64,000 nt of DNA, from assembly GCA_963707105.1 (NCBI GenBank), contig CAVPOS010000014.1, positions 212,621 to 276,620 on the forward strand. The letters are read 5' to 3'. Positions 47,442-59,496 of the stretch are shown one piece after another. This stretch comes from an uncultured Gemmatimonadaceae bacterium. GTDB lineage: Bacteria > Gemmatimonadota > Gemmatimonadetes > Gemmatimonadales > Gemmatimonadaceae. The notes under the pieces were generated by a model that ran no database searches, was not told the DNA's origin, and worked only from the letters and a program-made list of their open reading frames with translations. How positions within the stretch are numbered: position 1 is the stretch's first letter; each line of letters begins with the position of its first letter. The translations under genes were made by a program, and so were the position numbers.

Positions 47442-49685
47442 TCACACCGCTTCGTTGCGAAGGAAGCGGCGGAAGAACGTGTCCATGCGGCCGAAGACAT
47501 ACAGCCAGCGGCTGTGAATCAGCGTCTCGTGCGTGTCGTCGGGATTCACGATCAGCTCGTAGTACACGTTGCGCGCGCGCAGCAGGTCGACGAGACCGAT
47601 CGTCTGCGAGAACTCGACGTTGCGGTCGTCGTCGTTGTGCCAGATCAGCACGGGCGACTTCCATGAATCGATCGCCGAGATCGTGGACGACTTGAACGAC
47701 ACGTCGGCGGTGTCGAGCGAGTTCCCCCACAGGTGCACGCCGGCCATGTCCACGCCGGCCGCGAAGACGTCCGAGTTGCGGGCGAGCGCCTGCGACGTGA
47801 GCACGCCGCCGTACGAGAATCCCCAGATGCCGACGTGCGACGCGTCGACGTCGGATCGCGACTGCAGGTACTTCCCCGCCGCGATCACGTCGCGATACTC
47901 GGCGTTGCCTCGGCCGCCCACGTTCGGCGCGGTACGGAAAGACTTCCCGTAGCCGATCCCCGACCGGTAGTTCACCGACATCACGATGTAGCCCTGGCTC
48001 GCGAGCCATTCGTTCACCGCGTACGCCGTCGCGTAGAAATCCATGTAGTGGTAGCCGAGCAGCATCTGCCGGATCGGGCCGCCGTGGACGAAGATGATCG
48101 CCGGGCGCTTTTCGCCCGGCTTGAGATCCTTCGGCAGGAAGAGCTGATTGTGGAACTCCAATCCGTCGTCGGCCTTGAGCACGACGGCGGTCGGCGCGAC
48201 CTGCGCCGCCGCCGGGAATTCGGCGGGCAGCGTTGGAAAGACAAGGCGACGCGCACTCGTTCCACTCGAGGCGCCAGCCTCGGTTGACACGATCCCGACC
48301 GACAGCGGAAGCGTGCCGCCGGACGTGAGCACCGCGACCTGCTTGCCCGGACGAGAGCGGCGCCGGATACATCTCGATCTGATCGCCGGTCGTGATCTGG
48401 ACCGCGGGTCCGCCGGCCGTCGGCACCTTCCATAGATGTCGGCGATCGATGTCACCGACGTTCGTCGCGTAGAAGAGCGTCGAGCCGTCGCGCGAAAGGC
48501 CGGTCGTCTCGACCGCGCCTTCGCCGGGCGTCAGCTCGACCGGCGTGCCGCCGCCGTCAACCGCAACGGAATACCAGCGAATCCACTCTTCGGGCTCCTG
48601 CGGAAAAATGACGTGCGACCCCGCCCACGCGATGCCGGCGATCGTCGGGAAGGTTTTGTCGTTCGGCTGGTTGTGCCAGAACTCGTGCGCTTCGCATCCA
48701 CCGGCCGGCGTCGGGCAGCCAGCGATGTCGGTGACCATCAGAGAAATCGTATAGCCGCCCGTGAACACCGCGCGATACAAGCCGTCGGCGCGACCTTCGG
48801 CCGCGCCGCGGCGCCACGGCCGCCTCTCCGCCGCGCCCGCACCGCGACCACCGCGACCCGGGCGCCCGGACCGCCGGGGTTGCCAAGGCTCCCGTCGCCC
48901 ACCTGCGCCTGAAGCCCGAACGGCACGCCGGGGCGCCTGACGAACGCGAGCCGTTTGCCGTCGGGCGACCAGGTCGGGCTGCCGTCGACGTCGACGCTGG
49001 GCGACACGTAGTGCAGGCGTCGCGTGCGAACGTCGTAGACGCCGATCAGCGAGTGGTTGTCTCGCACGCTGACGAACGCGAGCTTGGATCCGTCCGGCGA
49101 CCAACGCGGGTTCGCGTTGCGCCCCCATTCCTTTATATAGGGCTGCTGGTCCTTCTCGGCCGGCGCCGTCGCGCGCGGTACGATCTGGTAGCGGAAGATC
49201 TGGCCGTCGCGCGAGAACACGACGTCGTGGCCGTCGGGCGACAGCGCCGGACCGGCGCCGGAACCAAGTCGCCACGCGGCGCTTCCATTGGTGTACGCCG
49301 CCCAGATCGCGCGATCGGGACCTTGCGGATCGCTGCTGGGATTGGCGATCCACCCGACCCGATTCGGCTCGCTGCCGCGGACGAACGTCACGATCGAGCC
49401 GTCGTCGGAGATCTCGAGCTCGGAGAGAATGATTCCGTCGTCGTCGAGGAATTTCGTCAGGCGCACCGGTTTGAAGTCCGGCGCGGCGGCCGTGAAGATG
49501 TTGCGACGCCCGCGATCGTACGCGATCCACGCGACGCGGTCGGCCTTCTTCGCCGAGACCAACTCCGACGGATACGCCGGCGAGAGGAATTGCTCGATCG
49601 TCGGTTTGGACTGTGCGTCGCTGCCGATGAACGGTGCGGCGACGAGTGCCGCCGTGGCGAACGCGCGAATGCAGGAGTGCCGCAT
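47442..49685 (-). CDS. S9 family serine peptidase (prolyl oligopeptidase / acylaminoacyl-peptidase-like), secreted; frame-disrupted in the middle
   Basis: MRHSCIRAFATAALVAAPFIGSDAQS signal. The N-terminal propeller has WSPDG repeats (RWSPDGSKLAFVS, TWSPDGKRLAFV). Catalytic domain: IIFVHGGP, GIWGFSYGG (GxSxG), WHNDDDRNV, DDTHE. Confidence 0.85.
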
Positions 49686-49701
49686 GGTTGCTCTCTCCAT
49701 C

Positions 49702-50916
49702 CTACGGGACGCGAATGAGCTCGTTCTGTATTGGGACGCCGCCCTTCACCGCGACGGGGGCGTGGCGTGAGCACTTGATCGCGGCCTGCCCGTCGTTCAC
49801 CGAGACGCCGCAATTTCCGACAACGTCGAAGTTCATCGCGTACGGTATGCCTTCCGATGACAGAAACGTCGGGCCGTCGGCGATCTGGAAGTGTACGTGC
49901 GGCTCGGTCGAGTTACCGGAGTTCCCGAGCAGCGCGATGACCTGGCCGCGCTTGACGCGGTCGCCGACCTTGACGCGCAACGATCCCGGCTGGACGTGCG
50001 CGTAGAGCGCGTACCGCCCGCTGCCCGATGTCGATCGCGACGTAGTTGCCGCCGACGGTCGTCATCGTGATCGGCACGGCGCGCGAGGCGGCGCCGGGTA
50101 CGTTCTGCGGGATGCTGTCCTTTGTCGCGGCGATCACGCCGTCTGCGACCGCCATCAGCGGCGTACCGTACGCGTAGTAGTTCTCGTTCTTGAGCGGATC
50201 GCCGTGGTGCGAGCTGCCGGTCGAATCGAGCTGGAGGAAATCGATCGCGAACCGTTGGCCGATCGCCGTGTGTCCGTCGAGTCCGAGCACGAGGCGCCGG
50301 TGTCCCGACGAGTTGGACGGGCCGTTGAACGCCGCCCACTCTCCGTGGAACGGCGCCGAGATGACCGCGAGGTCGGTCGCGACGGAATCGTCGTTCCCTC
50401 GAGCACGACGTCGCTCGAATCGGCGCCGGTCCGCTTGAAGGTGAGACGATGACTCAGCTTGGCCGGCGGATGGTTCGCGTCGACGGGAATCCAGAGATAG
50501 ACGTACGCGCGAACCCCCGCGGGAATCTGCGCGCGCTCCGACGCGGGAAGACACTCGACGGCCGGGCGACTGGTTGTATCGGTGGCGCGGCACGTCGGCG
50601 GCGCGACTCGCGTGAGCGCGCGAATCAGCGCGCTGTCCGCGAGCGTGAAGACGGAAGCGTGACTGTTGGCGTCGAGCACCTCGACGCGGCGCAGGTACAT
50701 CGCCGCCGGCGTGAGGTTGGTGACGTGAAGCTCGTACGACAGAAACGCCCCCGAGTCGCTGAGCGCGACCGTCGGCGGCTTGGGCACGCTGAATTCGACC
50801 GACGGCGGAATCTGCGTCTGCGCTCCGGCGGTCGCCGTAGACGCGGCGACCGCGACGGACGAACACAGAGTCACGCCGAGGCGACGCGAATCACGAGCCG
50901 CTTCCTCCGCGTCCAC
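49702..50916 (-). CDS. M23 family metallopeptidase (LytM-like), secreted; frame-disrupted
   Basis: VKVGDRVKRGQVIALLGNSGNSTEPHVHFQI (M23 HxH motif) in ORF 49702..49980, with upstream HGEWAAFNGPSNSSGHRR...AIDF. N-terminal signal RRLGVTLCSSVAVAASTATAGAQTQ. The GTG 50916 start is inferred. Confidence 0.8.
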
Positions 50917-52471
50917 CGCGACCGCCTCGGCCCGCGGCTTTCTTCCCGAGCAGCGTGACGTCACCGCCGATGCCGAACCACAGCCCGGTGACCGTGTTGT
51001 CCGGCGCGATCTCGAACTTGATGTTCATCGGGCCGGTGGGCGAGCCGGGAGGAAGGACCCATCGGAAGTTGTTCGCGTTCCAGTACTGAAGCACGCCGTG
51101 CCAGTCGCCGCGGTGCAGCTCGAGCTGACCTTCGACGATCGACACCGTCGCGTCGCCGTACAGGCTGTCCGCGTACGTCCCGACGAACGCGTTGAGCGGC
51201 AGCGGCGGCTTGGCGTCCTTCGGATGCTCGGCGGCCTGCGCCGCTGTGACCGAATCCGCGCGACGCCGCTGCACGAGATAGCGTTCGTACGCCTCGGCGC
51301 TCAGGTCCCTCATCGGCAAGCCGAGCGCGCGGTCGAAGATGTAGTGCATGACGATCGCCGGCAGTTGCGCGCTCTGCATGTTGCTCAACACGGCGACGCC
51401 GATGTGCTTCTCCGGCAGCATTCCGACCGCGGCCGTCATGCCGGTGGTGTTGCCGCCGTGCTGCCACATGAGCTGACCGTGGTAGTCCTCGACGAACCAG
51501 CCCATCCCGTACGAGCTGAAGTGCGTGACGGGAAACGAGTCGCGCGCGGCAGGGTCGCCGCCGCGCCCCGCGGGCGGAGCGCCCGCCACTGCGAGGATCT
51601 GCGGCGAGTGCGTCTCGCGAAGCGCCGCCGAATTGACCAGCCGCTTTCCGTTGACCACGCCGTCGTTCAACTGAAAGCGCAGCCACTGCGCCATGTCCTT
51701 CGCGTTCGACATGATCGCTCCCGCCGGCCCGATGTTGTCACCGTCGAACATCGGTTCGACCACCGCCGAGTCTCCGCAGCGTGCGGCCGCGCCACGTTGG
51801 TCGTAGCGAGACCCTTCGACGTCGTGACCGACGACGTCATGCCGAGCGGGCCGAAGATTCGCTGCGGGAGAGCGCGTCCCAGCTGCTGCCGGCCGCTTTG
51901 CCGGCCGCCTGGCCGGCCGCGAGGAACATCATGTTCTGATACGAATACTTGGATCTGAACGGCGACTCCGGCTTGAGAAATCGAATGCGATGCAGAATCT
52001 CGTCGCGCGAGAAGCCGGAACCGAGCCACACCAACTCGCCGCGCGCGATCCCGCTGCGGTGCGTGAGCGCGTCGCGAAGCGTCACTCCTTCGTTCGCGAC
52101 CGGGTCGTACAGCTTGAAGCCCGGGAGGTATCGGTGAGATGATCCTCCCAGCGCATCTTGCCGTCGGTGACCAGCATGGCGACCAGCGTCGCGGTGAACG
52201 CCTTCGAGCTCGACCCGATCTCGAACAGCGTTTGCTCGTTGACCGGCGCGTGGCTCTGCGCGGACAACGTCCCGAAGCCCTTCGTGTAGATGACGGAGTC
52301 GTTGCGCACGATCGCCACGCTCATCCCCGGGATCTTCCAGGTCTGAACGGCCTTCGCGATGTACGCGTCGAGTTCGGAAACGGCTCCTGCGCTCGAGCGA
52401 ACGCCGCGCAGAGGGCGACGATCGCCCCGGCGAGCCGCGCTCGCCGGGCGCAATGATCGAAGTGTGGTCAC
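50891..52471 (-). CDS. Beta-lactamase-family serine hydrolase (SxxK; class C / D-aminopeptidase-like); frame-disrupted
   Basis: LDAYIAKAVQTWKIPGMSVAIVRNDSVIYTKGFG...LFEIGSSSKAFTATLVAMLV (SxxK). The C-terminal part is intact ORF 50891..51763 (YGMGWFVEDYHGQLMWQHGGNTTGM). GTG 52471 overlaps the SusD stop (GTGA). Confidence 0.8.
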
Positions 52472-53728
52472 GGAGTCTTCGCGATGTTGGGGTTGTTGAT
52501 CCGCTCGACGTCCGGCAGCGGGAAGCAGGTCTGCGTGCCATAGTCCCGCCGCCCGGATACGCCGTGCCGGCCGCCGGCGTGAATGCGAGGTTACCGCCGA
52601 AAGTCGCCGAGGCGATGGCCCTCGAGGAACAGCTCGCGACGGCGCTCTTCGATGATCTGCGCCTTGAGCGTGCGCCGCCGTCTGGCCCGTCGCGCTGAAC
52701 GCCGGCAAGCCCGTGTGCGTCGCGCGCGCCGCGTTGATCGCCGCCGAGCGCCCGTGAGATCGTTCGCCGCGGCCTTCGCTTCGGCGACGATCAGCTGCGC
52801 TTCGGCGTACCGCGCGATCGGCATGGCGGTGGTAAAGCGGGATACTTGTCGGGCGTCCAGATCGGCGTGCCGGGGCGGTTCCGTTCTTGCCCGTTCGTCA
52901 CCGCGACGCGCGGATCCGGCGCGCCGTTGATGGTCAGCCCGCGAAACGACGGATCGACCGTGGCCAAGTGTTCTGTTGATCGTGAGGAACGAGAAGTTCT
53001 CGCGGCGGACGTTGAGCCGTCGGTCGACATGTTGGCGACGAACTCGCGGCGAATCGTCGCGGCGTCGGTTCCGGCCGCGGCCGCGTTGCCCAGATCGAGC
53101 TGCGTCGGGCCCGTCCGAGCGTCGCGAAGCTCACGGTCGTCGGGTCGGACGCCGTCGTCGCCGCGACGATCGCCGAGTCGAAGCGCGACTTCGCCTCGGC
53201 GAAGAGCTGCGCCGGCGTGAAGCTCCGGCCCGACGTTGATCGCGGCGGTGCACATGCCTTCGCCGAGCAGGACGAGCTGTAGCCGGCGTAGGCGTAGGCC
53301 TGGCCGATCAGCTTCGTTCGGTTGACGCCGGTCGGCATCTCCGCGTCGGTCCACTCCTTCAGCTAGGCGATCGCCGTGTCGGCCGACGGCGCGCGACCGA
53401 GAGCGTCGTGTAGATCGGCGGCTGCTGGTTGGCGCCGCAGGTGCCCGTGCCATAGACGGCCGTTCGTCAGCGTGCGCCGGTCGTAGTCGAAGTTGGCCGC
53501 GTACGAGAAGGAATCGGACAGCTCGTCGGTGAAGAGCCGCTGCCCACGACGTATCGTGAGAACGCGCATTCGAAGTCGCTGATCGCGCCGTTCACGAAAG
53601 CTGCGCGTTGATCGGGGTGTAGACGGTCGCCGCGGAGAGCGCGCCGGGTTCGATTGCGGTGAGCGTCGTGAGATCGCTGCACGCGGCGACCGCCACCAGC
53701 GCGAGCCGAGGGCTAGCGTTCGTCGCAT
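52468..53728 (-). CDS. RagB/SusD family outer-membrane nutrient-binding lipoprotein (heavily frame-disrupted)
   Basis: Start MRRTLALG at 53728, 4 nt after the SusC stop. Patches: RLFTDELSDSFSYAANFDYDRR, TKLIGQAYAYAGYS, IARYAEAQLIVAEAKAAANDLTGA, LKAQIIEERRRELFLEGHRLGDFRR, and C-terminal FPLPDVERINNPNIAKTP. Confidence 0.7.
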
Positions 53729-53731
53729 GGG

Positions 53732-56700
53732 TCACCAGGCGAAGTTGAGGGTCACGATGAAGCGAGTGAGCGGCGGTGTCACACCTTGATCGATCGCCGT
53801 GGCGCCGTTTTGCGTCGTGGCCGCTCTGCGCGGCGCCTTCGGGATCGAGGCCGCGGTAGTTGGTCCACGTGTGGAGCTCGCGGGCGGCGAAGCGTGATCG
53901 ACGGGTTCGTCACGCGGAGGAAGCGGCTCGGAATGAAGTACGTCGCCGACAGCTCGCGCAGCTTGACGAACGACGCGTCCTGCATGTACTGGTCGACGGT
54001 GTTGCCCGACGGCGCGGACGAGGCCGGCCTCGGCCAGGTACTCGGTGAGTACTCCTGCGGGAAGTAGTTCGCGCGGCAGAGCGGCGCGCCGGCGAGACCG
54101 CGCAGCGAATCTCCTCCTGCTGGTTCCACAACTGGTGGCCGCGCCTTGAAGTCGAGCGAGCGCGTAGAAGCGCCGCGACTTGCCGATCATGAAGGTGTTG
54201 CCGACGAGACCGTCGTACTTCGGCGTCGGCGTTCCCGATGTACACGAACGGCGCCGTCGCGCAGCGCGACCGGCGCCTTGCCGAGCTCCGCGTCGCACAT
54301 CACGTTGATCGCCAGACCGGTCGTCGGATCGCGGTCGGCCGAGACGACGCGGCGCGACCAGAGCCGCCGATCGGATAGCCGACGATGTTGTACTGCCCCG
54401 TGGTCGGATCGTGTTCGTGATGTTGCTCTTGATCACGTTGTTGATCGGTCGTGAGGTTGCCGGTGATCTCCCAGCTGAAGTCCGCCGCGTGATCGCCTGA
54501 AGTCTCGCCTCGAGCTCGATGCCGTTGTTGGTCGACCTTGCCGAGGTTGGTGAGCTGGCTGCCGGAGAACCCGGTCGACGGCGCGACCGGCTGGCTCGAC
54601 GATCTCGTTCGTGCGTCGTCTTGTTGTAGTACGTGAAGTCGAAGCTCAATCGGTTGAGAGGCCGGCCTCGAATCCGAGCTCCGTCTCCGCGCCGCGCTCC
54701 GGCCGCAGATCGGTGTTGCCCGAGCTGCCCGGCGTGACCGCGTTCGTGCCGTTCGGGCCGACGACCGGCGTGAACGTTTGCAGCGCGGAAAACGCCGTGG
54801 GCTGCCGCCCGGCCGCGCCGTACGCGGCGCGCAGGCGCAGCGTGTTGATGCGGTCTGCCCCAGTTCCAGAACGGCTCGTCGCTCACGACCCATGAAGCGC
54901 TGGCCTTGGGATACGTCACCCACTTGAAGTCCTGGCCGAACGCGCTGTTGTTGTCCACGCGCACGGCGCCGGCGAGGAAGAGCCGGTCGCGCCAGGCGAA
55001 TTGCTCCTGCACGTAGCCGCCGATGGTCGTGTTGATCGTCTGCGACTGCGTCGCGGCCACCGCTGCGACGGCGGATACCGTCTCGACGCCCGACGCCGGG
55101 AACCCTGGCCGCCGAGGAAGCTCTGGTTGGCTTCCGTATTGTTGAACTGCCCGCCGACCGACGTCGACGCGACGAGAGCGGAGCGTCAGTTCGGCCTTCG
55201 CGGTTCCCGAGTAGTCCGCGGTGATCAGGGTCGTGCGTCGCAGCGTTTGACCGAGGCGGCCGCCCGCCGCGGCGGGCGCAGGATCGCCGCCAGCTGTGGC
55301 GGCGCGAAGTGTTCGATCGCGCGGTCGTCCTGGTCCGTGTAGTCGAGCCCCAACACGCGCGCGCTGCGTGAACCACCGCGTGAGCTGGTTGTTGACGTCG
55401 TGCTACCCGTGAACCGGTTGAGCCCCGTGGCGTTGTCGTACAGCGTCTGCGGGACGCGGCGGAAAGCCCGGATAGAAACCCGCGACGCCGCCGGGAAGAG
55501 CAGCGAATGGCCGACCATCGGCGCCGAGCAGCGCGGACGCCCCGACGTCCGCGCCGAGGTGCGTCGACATGTCGATGAAGTTGAGGCTCGTCGACACGTC
55601 GGTCGTCGTGCCGAGCGGCGTGCTGAGGTTCAGGTGCGCGTTGAAGTCGCGCTGGAGGTTGTTCGGCTCGATGCCATAGTCGTTCTGGTATCCAGCGACG
55701 CGTAGTAGCGCAGCTGATCCACGTCCGCCGACGACCGCCGTCGAGTAGTGGCGCTCGAGGCCCGTCTTGAAGATCGGCGTGCCGCTGTCCGCCATCGCCT
55801 GCACGCCGTTCCACGGAACGATGTTGCCCGACTTGTCCTTGTCGTAGTTGGTCGGCACGCGGCCCGCGGCGTCGCGGAAGTACATCGGACCTCCCGTGAT
55901 CGTCCGTGCGAACTGCGCTCGTCCCGACGCGCCCTTCTTCGTGATGATCTGGATCACGCCGTTCGCCGCTTCCGTTCCGTAGATCGTCGCCGCGGCGGGA
56001 CCCTTGATGATCTCGATGCTCTCGATGTCGTCGGGGTTGATGTCGTTGATCCGGCTCTCGACCGGGTTGCCCTGCGCGCCGAGACCGCCCGTGATGCCGG
56101 CCGGTCCCAGGTTCGGTCGCGTTGTTGACGCGGACGCCGTCGATGTAGATCAGCGGATTGTTCGTCAGACCGATGCTGCTCGGTCCGCGGATCTGAATCG
56201 ACGGTCCGGCGCCGATGCGACCGCTGATCGGCTGAATGTCGACGCCCGGCCGCGCGCGATCTCAGAAGGTTCGCGATGTCGGGCGGCGAAGCCTTCGCCA
56301 TCTCGGTCGACGCATCGATCGTCGACACGGCGTTGCCGATCGAGCGTCGCTCCTCTCGCCCGCCGTCCCGGTCACGACGATCTGGTCGAGCGACGACCGC
56401 GCTCGGCGCCAACCCGACCTCGTGCGTGACCGTCGCGCCCGCCGCGACCGTGACCGCCTGCCGATTCGACGAATAGCCGAGCCGCAGCACGACGATCGTT
56501 CGCGTGCCGGTCGGCACGCCGACGATGCGATACCGGCCGTCCTGACCGGTGACCGCGCCGAGGCGCGTGCCTTCGACCTGCAGACTCGCTCCCGCGACCG
56601 CGTCGCCCGAGCGGGCATCGGTCACGCGACCGACGACGATGCCGGTCTGTGCTTGTGCATGTGCGTCGACCGGCGCGCCGACGAATCGCATCGTCGCGAT

Positions 56701-56760
56701 CGCCAGGGACGCCAGGATCAAGAGCCTGCGACGCAGGCACTGATCAACGAGAGCTCGCAT
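53732..56760 (-). CDS. SusC/RagA-type TonB-linked outer-membrane transporter (heavily frame-disrupted)
   Basis: GGAGGA lies 5 nt upstream of ATG 56760. MRALVDQCLRRRLLILASLAIATM..AHAQAQTGIVVGRVTDARSGDAVAGASLQVEGTRLGAVTGQDGRYRIVGVP (CarboxypepD_reg). Plug patches: GNAVSTIDASTEMAKASPPDIANLL, IQIITKKGASG. C-terminus TLNFAW. Confidence 0.8.
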
Positions 56761-56799
56761 CCGTTCCTCCATTGATGGTAAACACGTCCGACTGACGAT

Positions 56800-58164
56800 T
56801 CACGACGAGAACGCCGGTTCCACTTCGCGACGACGCGAACGCCAGAGGAAGTAGACCGGCGTTCCGAGCAAGACGACGGTGAGCCCGATCGCCGCCTGGC
56901 GCGTCTGCTCGAAGAGCGTGTTGCCGACGAGCAGCGCCGCGGCGAGCGCGAAGAGCACGGGCGTGACGGGATAGCCGGGCGTCCGGAACGGACGCACCGC
57001 GTTCGGCGAGCGGCGTCGCGACGCGAACACCGCGAGCGCGCCGAGGCCGTAGAAGATCCAGCCGGCGAACACGACGTAGGTGAGCAGCTGCTCGAACGTG
57101 CCGGTGAGCGCGAGCAGCACCGACCAGCACGACAACAACACGATCGCCGACGCCGGGCGTGCCGAAACGCTCGCTCACCTTGGCGATGCGCGCGAAGAAC
57201 AGCCCGTCGCGCGCCATCGCGAAGTAGAGCCGCGGCGCCGTCAGCACGAGGCCGTTCGTCGCGCTGAAGATCGACACGAGCGCGAGAACGCTCAGCAGCT
57301 TGCCCGGAGAACGAGCCGAATACCGCCGCCGTGGCGTCGGCGGCGACGTGGCCGCTCTGCGACGCGGCCGCGGGGCCGATCGCCGCGACGTACCCGACGT
57401 TCGCCAACAGGTAGAGAACGATCAGCGCGAACGTCGCGACGGCGATCGAGCGCGGGAAAACGCGCTGCGGATCGCGCGTCTCGCCCGCGGAGAAGGTGAC
57501 GTACTGCCAACCTTCGTACGCCCACAACACGCCGATCATCGCCGCGCCGAAACCCGACACCACGGACGACGTGAGCGCCGGCGGCCAGCAGCGTCGCGGG
57601 AGCGGGCCACGCGTGCCCGGCGACGACGAGGGCGAGTCCGATCAGCAACAGCGCGCCGACCTTGATCGTCGTCGCCGAGTTCTCCACCGTCGCGCTCTGG
57701 CGCGTCCCGCGCACGTTCACGACCGTGATCACGACGATCATCAGCGTCGACGCCACCTTCGCGCCGACGGGGCCGATCGGGACGAGCTGGCCCAGATACG
57801 CGGAGAACGCGACGGCGAGCGTCGCGACCGAGCCGCTGGCGATGACGAGAAAGCTCGTCCAACCATAGAGAAACGCGGGCAGCGGGCCGAACGCGTCGCG
57901 AATGTACGCGTACAGCCCCCCGGCCTCGGGCGTCATCGCGCCGAGCTCGGCGTACGTGAGCGCGCCGAGAAACGACACGACGCCGCCGACGATCCACACG
58001 AGCAGCGCGACGCCGAGATGTCCCTGCGTCTGCTTGAGCACGACGCCGGGCACGATGAAGATGCCGGAGCCGATCACCGTGCCGAGCGTGAGCAGCAGCA
58101 GGTCGGTGAACCCGAGCGTTCGCCGCAGCCCCCCGCCGCCGGCGTCTTTCGTCGCGGCGGTCAT
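56800..58164 (-). CDS. APC superfamily amino-acid permease (frame-disrupted)
   Basis: MTAATKDAGGGGLRRTLGFTDLLLLTLGTVIGSGIFIVPGVVL..., WAYEGWQYVTFSAGETRDPQRVFPRSI, and C-terminal RPFRTPGYPVTPVLFALAAALLVGNTL. ATG 58164 overlaps the upstream stop (ATGA). Confidence 0.85.
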
Positions 58165-59308
58165 ACGGCCACCAGCGCGTCGCCGCCGCGGACGACCTCG
58201 GCGCGCACCGTGAGCGACTCGATCATCTCGACGTCGACGTCCACGCCGAGGCCCGGCCGGTCGCGCGGCACGGCGACCATCCCGTTCGCGTCCATCGTCC
58301 ATTCGGGCGACACGATGTCGCGCGCCCAGTAGCGCGCGCTCGGACTCAGATCGCCGGGCAGCGAGAAGTTCGGCAGCGACGCGAGCGCCACGTTGTACGC
58401 GCGGCCGATCCCGCTCTCGAGCATCCCGCCGCACCAGACCGGAACTCCGGCGTGGCGACACACGTCGTGGATCGCCATCGACGCGGAGAAGCCGCCGACT
58501 CGTCCCGGCTTGATGTTGATGATCCGTCCGCTGCCGAGCGCGATCATGTCGTGCGCGCGGGTGACGTCGACGATCGACTCATCGAGGCAGATCGGCGTCG
58601 TCATCCGCCGCTGCAACTCGGCGAGCTGCAACAGACGCGTCGGCGCCGAACGGCTGCTCGAGCATCACCAGGTCGAACGCGTCGAGCGCGGCGAGGTGCG
58701 CGGCGTCGTCGATCGAGTACGCGGCGTTCGCGTCGACCATGAGCTCGACGTCGGCGCCGAGCGCGGCGCGCACCGCGTGCACGTACGCGACGTCCTGTCC
58801 CGGCTGGATCTTGAGCTTGACCTTGCGGTAGCCCGCCGCGACGGCGTCGACGGCGCGATCGACGAGGCGGTCCGGCGACGACTGGATGCCGAGCGAGATT
58901 CCGGTCGGGACGCGGTCGCGCGTGCCGCCGAGCATCGCCGACAACGGGACGCGCTCGAGCTCGGCGGCGAGTCCCCAGCACCCCATCTCGAGCGCGGCCT
59001 TCGCCATGTTGTGTCCGCGGATGTCGCGGGCGAGGATGTCGTGGACCGCGGAGGGATGCGGCAGCGGCGCGGCCGACGATTCGCGGCGCGAGCCACTCGC
59101 GGATGGCGAGCCACGCGGTGTCGACGGTCTCGGGCGTATAGATCGGGAGCTGGAAGGCGACGCACTCCGACCACGCGGTCGCGCCGCTCTCGTCCTCGAG
59201 CTCGAGCAGCAGAATGCGGCGCGTCGACATGACGCCCGACGAGATCCGGAACGGCTCTTTGAGCGCGAGCTGGATTTCGCGGAGGGTGACGCGGCCGATG
59301 CGCAGCAT
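58161..59308 (-). CDS. Enolase-superfamily o-succinylbenzoate synthase / N-succinyl(acyl)amino-acid racemase family enzyme (2 frame hops)
   Basis: MLRIGRVTLREIQLALKEPFRISSG. The catalytic and metal ligand motifs appear in order: YRKVKLKIQPG (KxK), LMVDANAAY, LVMLEQP, ICLDES, IINIKPGRVGG. Confidence 0.85.
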
Positions 59309-59418
59309 TCAGAGAGGCGGAGGGGCGGGTCTGGGGGCGACGCGAACGGCGAGCCGCGACGTAACGGGGGTCGGACGGCGAGGTCACGAACCAGGCACGC
59401 CGTTTGGATCGACCATTG

Positions 59419-59428
59419 TGGTATACCA
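59419..59428. promoter_or_regulatory. Candidate GntR/FadR-type operator (perfect 10-bp palindrome) in the divergent intergenic region
   Basis: TGGTATACCA is AT-rich in a GC-rich spacer and fits the GntR-family t.GT...AC.a pattern. It lies 111 nt upstream of the NSAR start (59308) and 39-69 nt upstream of the candidate GntR starts. Confidence 0.45.
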
Positions 59429-59496
59429 ACCCGCGCTCGTCAAGGGCGGTCACTTCCATCTTGCTCATGCCCTCGCCGCCGCCTTACAATTCCGGC

